64,000 nt of DNA. Source: Octopus vulgaris. Lineage: Eukaryota. The translations under genes and the position numbers were made by a program. A model generated the notes under the pieces. That model was not told the origin of the DNA. It saw nothing but the letters and a program-made list of their open reading frames with translations, and did not search any database. Shown here piece by piece: positions 24,673 to 35,682 of the stretch; the first letter of the stretch is position 1; every line of letters starts with the position of its first letter. The stretch spans positions 5,518,001 to 5,582,000 of the forward strand of contig OX597832.1 in assembly GCA_951406725.2 (NCBI GenBank), read 5' to 3'.

Positions 24673-24870
24673 ACTGAGTGCATATCTTATAGAGCCTTCA
24701 CAAACAACCAAGTCTCCAAGACAGTTCCCTGTGACACTCCACCCAAGATCAGTGTCTTGTTTGAGAGAACACCATTGGCTGCAACCATTTAACTTCTATC
24801 TCTAAATAAGTGATGCAGCTATTCTAATTTCTCCACTTAGCTGGGATCATGCAATTTGCAACACACGATC
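24673..24870 (-). repeat. Right arm of the 198-bp perfect inverted duplication
   Basis: Exact reverse complement of 19326-19523. Confidence 0.97.
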
Positions 24871-27214
24871 TAGTGTAACAGGATGAACTAATAACTGAAA
24901 TTCTATGTAATTGATCAACATTTTCATTGTTTAATCCAATAAACTTCCAGATGTTGATAAAATATGGTTAAAGTCCTAAATATTAGGACAACATGGTTGC
25001 AATAAAATTAGGATGAGCACAGCTGCAAATAGTAACCAAATGCTTCAGTTGATCTCATATGGCTATGCCATAGGTCAGCTTAAGAAGAGCTGATTCAATT
25101 TAACCAACAGCAAAATAACATGAGTCAACAACAACAAATCTACAGTCAACAGAAGTTGAGACCAGACAACAGAAGAATTTACAAACACAGAAAACAAGAC
25201 ATGTTCAATCAATGAATTTCATTCATGAATAAAAAAAATTGAAGGGTTTAGAAAAATAGTTTCTTTATCATGTGTTTCTTTTATTCTTGATATTGTATAT
25301 TTCAAAAGAAAAAAAAAAGCAAGAATGGCAGATAACATAATAAACAAATGGCAAATAATAGCAAAAGAAAATAAAAAAAATTAAAGCAAGATATTGTGGC
25401 TACTTTTTTTATGTGTGTGTAATTAATAATAATTTGTTTAATTAGGGGTCATGTCATTGTAAAATTCAAGGTGGCTTCTAAAGGGACACATCAGAGTGCT
25501 AACAGTAGAATATGAACTTATGAATCAAAATCCACAAATCCAGTATTTCTCCAGCTATCACTAGCATTGTGGTGGAGGTGGTAATGATGATGATAACAAT
25601 GAAGATGATGATGATGATGATTATGATTATGACTAAATTTAAACAACTTAGACTTTTGGCAACTTAACGTCTTCAGATTTAGATGAGAGGAAATAGAATG
25701 AACAAGAACAACAAAGATATGATAAACAAAGGGATAAGGCTTAAGATCGTTTCATCATCAACAATATCTAACACAAGATTATATAACAGATGTAAACACC
25801 AACTATATCAGTAAGGAACTTCAATGTGTCGAAGTAAAAAATAAGTACTTTTTGTATGTTGACATAGATTTTGTTGTTATAAATTTTAAACCATTATTGT
25901 TCCCCATATCCTTCTTTAAATGTTCATTTGATCTAAATTCTACCCCTAAAATAAATAATGAATCTATAACGTCCAAGAATCTAAGGCATATATCAGATCC
26001 AGGAATGACAACTCCAACACATGAAGCATAAACTACAAGTTCATCCATGTTAACCTGCTCTTTAAACAGTCTTTGCCCTGTTACTGTTCTCTTCTTGATC
26101 TTCTGTTAACCACCAAAATGTAAAAGACCTCAGTTAAGATAACAAACATACAACTCTGATCTTCTGCAATAACATAACTTGCTTAAACCAAACATTTCCG
26201 GAGATACTACATTTAGATGGTTTCCACCTAAAATAAGCAGCTGCTTATTTTGTTAAGAGAAGAAAACATCCATCCTCACTTATATCTTAGTGGGAAGATA
26301 AAGATAAAAAAAAGCTTTAAGTTAATCTATCTTAAGAAATGTTTTTAGTCATTTTTCTTACAATCTTGATTAAAATAAACATTTATCAACAGACTTAATA
26401 ACAAAATATTTTAATTGAAACTCATTTAACTGCAACTTTAAAAATCATAGAAAATACAGTATACCTTCTCAGTGTACTGAACTGAAGGAAAAACTCTAAA
26501 AATATGTCCAGAATAATCTGCTATTTATAGCAGTATATTTCCAAAGGAATACAGCAATTCTGTTTATAAAACAAAGCATTGCTTCAAAATTAAACCTAAC
26601 ACAGCAATAATAAGAACTTTATGTTGAAGCTTTCTCTTCACTGCTACTGTCTAATAGTATGATTAGATAAATTAAATCACATGGCTAGAATAAGCACAGG
26701 ACGGATCTGACATCAACAGATTACCATAAGTTTAAGACTCTAAAAGAATCCTATAAGCAACAATTCACTTGGATCTGAATATAACAGAACAGAACAGAAC
26801 AAGTTAAGTTGTCAAAAGATAAAAGTAGCCAAAAAGCTTAATAAACAAATATTGTTGGTTTGGATAAACAAAAGATTGTATATGAAGCTACAAAAAATTA
26901 AAAATCAAGATGGCATAAAACCTAATAACCTCTGAATGGAATGCTTTGGTTAGAAATATAATTCTAAAAAGAAATTAAAAACCAAAATATAAGCAAAATG
27001 AAGAATATGAAAATATGTTTAATATTTTTGAGTGAAATATCAAATTTTTTTGTTTTCTTTTCTTTATTTTAGAAATGGTTCTGAAGTTTGAATAAAATAA
27101 AGACAATTTTGAACAAGAATTGTGTTTGAAAGTGTAGAAAAATAAGCATCTGTCTATATAATGTTCTGATATACAAGTTCGAGTTTACAGCAAGTTCAGT
27201 CAAAAAGAAACACA

Positions 27215-27220
27215 TTTATT
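27215..27220 (-). terminator. Candidate proximal poly(A) signal for POMGNT1
   Basis: AATAAA on the minus strand ~400 nt after the stop, followed by GU/U-rich sequence. Confidence 0.35.
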
Positions 27221-27618
27221 GCTGGTGCACCAGCTGTTGCCAAATTCTCTTTAGAGACTTGTGGAGAGAGATTTTGACAAAGGCAATGAGTAACTTTTGA
27301 CAGTTTCATTACAAAATAGTTGCCACAGTTAGTGGAGGATGATAAAAAGTTTATGGAAAGACAAAGAGTGTCTTCAGTCACGACATCATGGCTGGTAGGC
27401 AGCTGGTATATATTCTTCTATTTGGCTAACAGCAATATATTCATTGACCGTTGTTAGCCATTTTCCCTGATTTAGCTTGCGGTGAATGACCAAGAAAATA
27501 AAAATTTAAATAAAAAAAGGGAAAATCCCTTAACAGGAAAAATTTAAACAAAAAAATGGAAGTAAGTGTTGCACCAAAATAAACAAAAAAAACCCCCCCA
27601 ACAAAAAAAAAAAAAACA

Positions 27619-27691
27619 TCACTGTCCGTCTTTCCGAAATGGAACACTGTCATTCAAATAGATAGGCAGGACGTTGGCAGGCATATATTCC
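27619..27691 (-). CDS. POMGNT1: POMGNT1 last coding exon
   Basis: ttccag|G then EYMPANVLPIYLNDSVPFRKDGQ*; the G completes the TC of the previous exon; aligns with the vertebrate KPPSVTPIFL tail. Confidence 0.85.
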
Positions 27692-27833
27692 CTGGAAAGA
27701 AATATAAGGTAAAATAAGATAACATGCAAGTGATACAAGTTATACTTGGGGTTTAGGACATGATTGGAATGAAGTAATAACAAGTGGGAGGATCAATATA
27801 TGAAGATTTTGCTGTCACATTGTGTATCAAATG

Positions 27834-28062
27834 CAATGGTTCTCAATTGAGGTCCATATGATACTTGGGAGTCCATATAAGATTTTGTTGTTAAGATTTA
27901 TGTGCAATGAATCGGTTATACTTCTATAATACACAAAGTATTTTAACTCTTATTTTATATAATTTCTAATAATTGTTTTAAACATTGAATGGCTCTGAGG
28001 GTTGATCTGAGTAAAATAGGAATCAAAGAGGTTGATAGGGAAAAGCTAATTGAGAATCACTA
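27834..28062. mobile_element. hAT-type MITE
   Basis: caatggttctcaa ... ttgagaatcacta inverted ends; related to 60787-60999. Confidence 0.6.
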
Positions 28063-29220
28063 AATTAGCTTAACAGAGTGCATACTTTGCCAGGAAATAT
28101 TCAGAAGATGCACTGCAGGCAGCTGACACTTACACGGGAGAATAACATAACCACATGGTATATATTTACAGGTAGGTAGATTGGGCCTTCTAAGAATTAT
28201 CTCTGCCACAAACATAACACTGTGGGCAGTTTGACTAGCAGTGAAACACCTCATTAGCTCAGCTATGGTAACAGGTATGTGGTAAGAAGCTGGATTAACA
28301 ACCCAGTGGTTTCAGGTTCAATCCCACTGCATAGCACCTTGGGTAAACATCTTCTACCTTGACATTGGTTTAACAAATAATTTGCAAGTAGAATTTGGTA
28401 GATAGAAATTATACAGAAGCCTAGCGCATGCATGGTGATGTTTATGTCTCTTTTATGCAATACATTCTGTAGCCCAGCAGTTTCAAAGCAGGAATATCAA
28501 TGGAATGAAAAAAAAAACCTTACTCAAAACAGACATATAGGTTGGTAGCAGGATGGACATCAGGCTATAGAATGCTGCCTCAATAAGTCTTGTCCAACCC
28601 TTGCCAGCATGGTAAAAGTAAATATACAAACAATTATGAAGTATGTGCATATCTTTTGCTTACACATAAACAAAAGATGTCAGCAGCTATCTGAAAAGCT
28701 AGGTAAGTTGCTCCTATGTCATTCTCACATCTGTTACTGCAGTGAACCAGTGACTGGCTCACTGGAAACATAGCTAACAGCACCATAGCTCACAAAAGGG
28801 AATGTAAAATAAATACACCAACATCATTTAACATCTGTTTTCCATGGTGGCATGGATTGGACAAATACCTGTATTGTGTGTGTGTGTGTGTGCATATATA
28901 TATATATATAGGTTCAGACATAACATTGTGGTTAAGAAGATTACTTTGCAACCAAATGGTTTTGAGTTCAATCCTACTGCACAGAATCTTGGGCAAGTGT
29001 CTTCTACTATAGTTCCAGGCCAACCAATGCTTTCATCATCATCATCATCATCATTTAGCGTCCGCTTTCCATGCTGGCATGGGTTGGACGGTTCGACCGG
29101 GGATCTGGGAAGCCAGAAGGCTGCACCAGGCCCAGTCTGATCTGGCAGTGTTTTGTGAGTGAATTTTAGTAGACAGAAATTGTGTGGAAGCTCATTGTGT
29201 GTGAAGATCAGTGTGTGTGA

Positions 29221-29278
<58 letters not shown>

Positions 29279-29528
29279 CACACACATACATACATACGAA
29301 AATTCATACAAGAAGAAGAACAGGTTTTAATTACAAATTACATGTGCAACAGCTGCAAATTACTGAGTTTTCATTCTCATATCATTAGATAACATTATTT
29401 TATAAATAATTACATAAATAAACATGATGCAGCAACAGCTGGGTGCCAGTACATTATCAGGTAGATAATAGTGAGAAAAAAAAAAAAAATATATATATGT
29501 ATACACACACAACACACACACACATACA

Positions 29529-29571
<43 letters not shown>

Positions 29572-29573
<2 letters not shown>

Positions 29574-29863
29574 TGTGATCACGTGACTGACCAGACCATC
29601 AGATGTTGTTACACATCGCTGGTCACAATGCGTTCGCATTGTTTTAGCCTTCGAATGATGCCACCCCGCTGGCTAAGCGAGCAGGCCAACGGGAGAGAGA
29701 GTGGTGAAAGAGTACAGCAGGGATCCCCACCCCCTACCGGAGCCTCGTGGAGCTTTTAGGTGTTTTCGCTCAATAAACACACACAACGCCTGGTCTGGGA
29801 ATCGAAAGCGCAATCTTACGACCGCGAGTCCGCTGCCCTAACCACTAGGCCATTGTGCCTCCA
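29572..29863 (-). mobile_element. tRNA(Arg)-like-headed SINE
   Basis: Reverse complement head ggaggcacaatggcctagtggttagggcagcggactcgcggtcgtaag...ttcgattcccag; degenerate relative at ~18040-18270. Confidence 0.75.
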
Positions 29864-30987
29864 CATGTGTGTGTGTGTGTGTGTGTATAATATGTATATA
29901 TGTGGGAATGAGGAGTGGAGTAGAGAGAATCTACAGATATATAAGCAACAACATTAACAGTGGAAGGAACAGTGGTAACAACATCCCTGCCTTGCAGCAC
30001 AATTCCAAGACTTTACTGAATGGTGTTTTGAGGATAGAACAACACTGGAGTGAAGTGAAGATGATGATGATAATAGCAGAAGACTAAGATGTTGAAGATA
30101 ATGGTTGGCAACAGAAGAATGGGATGATATGGAAGGGGATTAGCAGTGAATGTGATGATGGTGAGAGATGGAAAATGTGCTACAATATGAAGGTAGAAGA
30201 GCAGTAAAAAGATGGTGGTGTGAGTGATGATGATGATAGTGGTGGTGGTGGTGATAGAAGAGAGGACAGTGGTGGTGCAGATACAGGAATTAAAATGATG
30301 GTGGAGGCACTGAATTGGATGTGAGGTTGAGAGATGGAGTGGTCCTGTCATACAAGTAATGTTATTTGATTCCAGTCTTCCATGAAGAATGTGTCTGGCC
30401 ATGGGGAAATATTACCTTACTTGGAAACAGGTGGGGGTTGGGGACATAAAAGGATTCTGGCAAGATAAAATCTGTCTTGACAGGTTCTGCCTGATCCATG
30501 CAAGCATGGAAAAGTGGACATATGGTGTTGATGATGATGATGACTAGAGGAAATTTTTTATCTTTCACTTGTTTCAGTCATTAGACTGTGGCCATGCTGC
30601 GGAAGTGACTTGACGAATTTTTAGTTAAATGAATCGACACCAGTACTTATTTTTTGTTAAGCCTGGTGCTTATTCTATTGCTCTCTTTTTGCTGAACAGC
30701 CAAGTTAAAGGGACGAAAACACACCAACACTGGTTGTCAAGTGATGATGGGGTGGGAGGGACAAACAAACACACACACACACAGAGGATTGGCTTCTTTC
30801 AGTTTCTGTCTAGCAAATCTACTCACAAGTCACAAAGCTTTAATCAACCTGAGGTGCCACACTGTGCAACTGAACCTGGATCCATCGATACGGTTGGGAA
30901 GCAAGCTTCTTCCCACACAGCTGTGCCTATGCCTATGAATAAAACTTTTCTGATGAGAGGAAGGGAAGTGATAGAACTCATACTTAC

Positions 30988-31055
30988 GAGTAAGGGGATG
31001 CTGGTGACCCAATGATAATTAAATGGTTCGTCTTCAAGAACAGCCTCCACATACT
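30988..31055 (-). CDS. POMGNT1: POMGNT1 exon (68 nt)
   Basis: cag|SMWRLFLKTNHLIIIGSPASPY-TC|gtaag. Confidence 0.95.
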
Positions 31056-32163
31056 CTGAAAAAATAATGGCATAGTTTTAGCAAACATTTCAAAACTGCA
31101 ATACGCACTGATTATTATTTTTAGTTCCATTTCAATCATTATATGTACTAATAATTAGTTGACTTTCCACTACAGTCTTTTTACATCACAGAGAAGAAAT
31201 ATTTACGTGTTAATGTTTTCACATGTATAATCCGTCCAACCCATGCTAGCATGGAGAACGGACGTTAAACAATGATGATGATGATGATGAATCCCACCAA
31301 ATTCCTGATCCCTTTATCCCAATCACTACTACTTTGAAGGTCCACTTTGACATCTCAACACCATTGTCTTTTTATCCCTTTCCAGCTCCACTCAATTACC
31401 CATGTCCTATCTTCTAAAAATGTAAGTAGTCATGTAGGTCCTCTATAGCTCTGACCCCTTCTCTTATATAATCTACCCACCCACTGCGCCCAGAATAAAG
31501 CTATCCTCTAGGAGTTTGTAGACCTGCAAGCTGCATGGTCACCTAACTAGTGCTGGTGATATGAAAAAAGCATCCACTGCATGCCATAAAGTGGTTGGCT
31601 TTAGGAAGAGCATCCAGCTATAAAACCAAAACAAACACAGGAGCACAGTGCAACTGTGTGGCTAAGAAGCTTGCTCCCCAACCATGCGATCTTGGGTTCA
31701 GTCCCATTGCACTCCCAATTGCACCTCGGGTAAGTATCTTCAACTATAGCCCTGGGCTGACAAAACCTTTCTAAGAGGATTTGTAAGCTGGAAACAGAAA
31801 GAAGCAGGTTGTGTGTGTGTGTGTGTCTTTGGGTCTTGACATCATGTGATAACTGTAAAAAAAGTATCACTATCACACAAGTGGTGATGCTTGTTTTCAG
31901 TCTTTCAAGAAAATCTTGTCTAGCTATGGGTAAATATAACCTTGTTTGGAACAGTTGAGGGTAAGTGACAAGAAGGGCATCCTGTTGTAGAAACAAACTG
32001 TGTCAGTCCCGTGCAAGCATGGCAAAGTGGACATTAAGAAATGATGAAATATTTAATTCTTTTTTGACAGGATTCAAAATATGTAATTCCAGAAGTAAAG
32101 AGACTGATTAGAGGAAATTAAAAACACTATTTTAAATGGATCATAGTAGATATCAGTTAATTA

Positions 32164-32300
32164 TTAACCTTTAGCAAACCGTAGGTGCATCATGTTGCTA
32201 CACAAGTTATCTCCCCTCTCAATGTAACAGAATGTACATGTAGCTACAGGGGAGAAAATTCATACAACAACATGATGTGCCTAAACGAGCTAAAGTTTAA
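32164..32300. mobile_element. TTAA-flanked palindromic MITE
   Basis: ttaacctttagc..taggtgcatcatgttg..tctcccct pairs with aggggagaa..caacatgatgtgccta..gctaaagtttaa. Confidence 0.7.
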
Positions 32301-32333
32301 TTGTAAGACATTGACATGAAGATGTATTCTCAC

Positions 32334-32375
32334 CTTATGAAATCCTCTGACATCCAAATCCCAAAGGTGGAAACA
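32334..32375 (-). CDS. POMGNT1: POMGNT1 exon (42 nt)
   Basis: cag|CFHLWDLDVRGFHK|gtgag. Confidence 0.96.
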
Positions 32376-32791
32376 CTGTTAAAAAGAGGAAAAAAGAAGA
32401 AAAATAAGATAAAACTAAAATTCAAATTTTTTATAGCTGGTAACCAACATAGATTGAATTATGTATAGATGAAAATACCTTGTTCCATTAAATGTTGACA
32501 AAATGAGAACCATTTAAGAGAATGCTGTATGATATGTTCAATCTCAGGCCAGACATATTCTCAAAGCAAGCAGTGTAGACATGTGATAATGTCGCAACTC
32601 CAACATAAAAAGCATTTCACATCTGTTAGACAATGATTCACAGAAGAAATATTCACATCCTTGACCCAGTCTATAATGAAGAACTCATTTATCAACTAAG
32701 ACAAAGTACAAAAGGAAAAAAAACAAACAAACACAACTTTTCAAACACAAAATGTCACATATGTGTCAGACCATAAAATACATTCACTCAC

Positions 32792-32863
32792 TTTAGCTAG
32801 ATGTTTCCACGTTGTGTAGTCTTTATCTGAAGTCATATTTATGTACATCACATAGATTTCATC
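32792..32863 (-). CDS. POMGNT1: POMGNT1 exon (72 nt)
   Basis: tag|DEIYVMYINMTSDKDYTTWKHLAK|gtgag. Confidence 0.94.
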
Positions 32864-33116
32864 CTAAAAATGGAGCAACAAGAAAAATATTTTAGACATA
32901 AAGGCTACAAATAATAAAAGTTACTAATTACAAATATATTTGTGTGTGTGTGCATGTTCACATAATCAATCTGTGTGTGCTTGTGTGTGTTGCAAACTTT
33001 CCAAATAATAGCTAGCTAAGAGATCTAAATGCTTATTGTAAATTTTCCTTTGTCTATGTAAATAAGATAGATACAATAAATGAGAAACAGAAATACAGCA
33101 CATTAATGGTGTGACC

Positions 33117-34732
33117 CTTTTGCATCCCCAAAAAACTGAAGCCATCATCTTCCCTGCAGATGAAACAATCTTGGCCTTCTTTTCCACTGTATGGATTGTC
33201 TCTGGCTCAAAGTGATGAAGCCAATACTTGTTTTGGGTTAAGAAACATTCAAGGAAACCAGCAGAACTTGCCTCAGACAATGTCAGATTTTCTCATGATA
33301 TGATCAGCCTGATCCACTTTCGATCAGGTGTCAGAAGAAGCAGCACTCACCAAGCAGAACCCTCTATCATGCTAAGTTCATTGTGCAGAATATTCTCAAC
33401 TCTCTTGTGGGATATGCTAAGAGCATTGGCTACTTGATTTATAGTCAATCACATGTCACCATCACCATGCAGTGAACAAGATCATTGTTCTCCTGGACGT
33501 CTAGACCATAGGTCATCTTCAAGGTTCTCTGTTCCCTTCCTAAATTCAGATGCCCACTTTTGCACAGTTGATAAAGCTGGAGCGCCATATCAGCATAACT
33601 GTCCTTGGGGGCTAAACCCTTTTTCTGCAGTTACTTGATAACATTAAGACGCCAAATTTTGTCCATTTTGAAGAGAAGTTGCTACTAGTTATTGGGTCAT
33701 CCCATAAATAATGTGGTTTTTTTCAATTGCATGAACTAAAAGTCAGAGACAACAGGATAAACTACCTGCATTAACTTGCTATCAAAGCAGGTAGTAATTT
33801 TACCTTGTCCTTATTCTTAGTGCAAGTTTTGAAGAGAGCAGTTGGATTCTAATAGTTATTTTTTCAAAGCTATAATGGAAGTGACAAAGGGGCATATTCA
33901 GCATATTTTTTGTCTATGAAGTCAATAAAGGCAACAATACAAGGGAAACTGTGAGGAATATTAATGCAATATATGACAATAAGCATAAGCCAGTGTCAAT
34001 GGTGGTTCCAGAAATTCTGAGCCAGAAACTACAGCCTAGAAGACGAGAGTTGTCCTGGAAATCATAGTGGAACAAAATCCCATCATAATTGTTGAGGAGC
34101 TAGTAGAGAAGTTTGGATTTGGTCATTTAACCTTTCATCGAAACTTGCGTTAGAAGAAAAATGACCATCTTTGGTTTCAAGACGAAAGGTGTTCTTCCAT
34201 CAGGATAATGCTTGGCCACATACAGCAAGGATAACATTCCAAAGGCTGGAGCAGTTTGAATGGGAAATGATGCCCCACCCACCATGTTCACCAGACATTA
34301 CCCCACCTGATTATCGTTTATTCCACAGTCTTCAAAATCATTTGGATGGAATGAATATGAATTCTTTAGAAGGGGCCAGAATAGTACTGGAGGAGTATTT
34401 TTCATCACAGACAAGTGAATTTTGGAAGAGGGGCCTGGAAAGTCTACCAGATAGATGGAAGAACATTGTAGAAAATGAAGGAGAGAATATTTTAGATTAA
34501 AATAGAACTTTATCTTAATTTTGAAAAATAAAAGAAGTATAAAAAAAAAACTGCATTATTTATGGGATGACCCAATACTTTTGAAGTCTTCTTTAAATAG
34601 TCAGCTGTCAGTTAACCTGGAGAGAAACAATGCAGTTATCAATAAGAAGGGGAGAAATTAAGGCATGCCAGATTTCACAGCTTTACTATCACTCTTTCAT
34701 AGTTAGCCTATAAACTTTTCAGCCTACCCTCA
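33117..34732 (-). mobile_element. Irritans/Himar1-like mariner, degenerate and 3'-truncated, interrupted by a second mariner
   Basis: TIR-like end ...aaacttttcagcctaccctca-TA at 34732; ATG at 33666 MDKIWRLNVIK*LQKKG..APALSTVQKWASEF..; WLHHFEPET..SAGKMMASVFW. Confidence 0.85.
33692..34575 (+). mobile_element. Internally deleted mariner with perfect TIRs and TA TSD
   Basis: TTGGGTCATCCCATAAATAATG at both ends, flanked by TA; ORF 34171-34500 has HQDNAWPH and HPPCSPDITPPDY (DD34D catalytic motifs). Confidence 0.95.
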
Positions 34733-34872
34733 TAAATGTACATGTCTGTAATGTGATAATTGCACAGTAAGGCAGCCTTCCTTTTAAATTTTGTTATTAC
34801 TAAAATCAATTATCACAAATAAATTTTTTTTTAAAATCCAACAAAGATGTTTATGCTTAAAATAACATTTAC

Positions 34873-34981
34873 CTTGGTATTAGGAACAAAGTCTTCTGAA
34901 CAAGGAGGGTGGCTGTGATTTAAAAGTTTGGCATCTTGGATAAGTTGCTTGATAAGAACCTCATAATAGTCTTTCTTCATC
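34873..34981 (-). CDS. POMGNT1: POMGNT1 exon (109 nt)
   Basis: cag|G-MKKDYYEVLIKQLIQDAKLLNHSHPPCSEDFVPNTK|gtaaa. Confidence 0.94.
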
Positions 34982-35644
34982 CTGAAACCAAGAATAAAAT
35001 ATATTTTTAGTAATATTTATTAAAATATGAGCACAATTCTGAGAAAAACAATAAAAATTTCTTACATGTCTACAAGGTAGATTTTTTAAGGAGAAAATTT
35101 AAGTATTTAACTTAAGTCCATTATGCTTTTAAGCTGACACTTCATCACTTGAGGGACTTACCATAAGGTCAATGGATATGACCTCCACTTCCTTTATAAT
35201 AATAATGATGATGATGATGAATAGAATTTTAGTAGAAAATGTCTAGTTTGTGGGTACAAATAGTAGTAATCACATCTAGTGTATCACTTACTGGTACTTC
35301 TATTATCACTTGTTGGGTGATAGAATTTGAACCAAAATGTAAAGCAAACCAACAACTGATTAGTTATGAATTGTAATAATTTTATAAGTGACAGATGTAG
35401 TCATTTTTTGATACTTGCATAAAGTGGATAAATTTGTTGAAGCAGATTTCCTATAGCCAGATGCCCTTCTTGCCACCAACCCATACCTGTTTCCAAGCAA
35501 GGTAATATTCCCCCCACCCCCATAGTCAGACATGTTTTCACAGATTGCAGATGAAGAACACTGCTTGTATGACAGTGACAATAATGTACAACTAATGTGA
35601 TGTAAAGACATGGTGGCACAGCTGCCCCTGCACACACATAAACA

Positions 35645-35682
<38 letters not shown>

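Noticed and set aside
29790-29863. tRNA gene
   Set aside because: tRNA-like head of a SINE; continues into the SINE body without a proper acceptor stem or terminator
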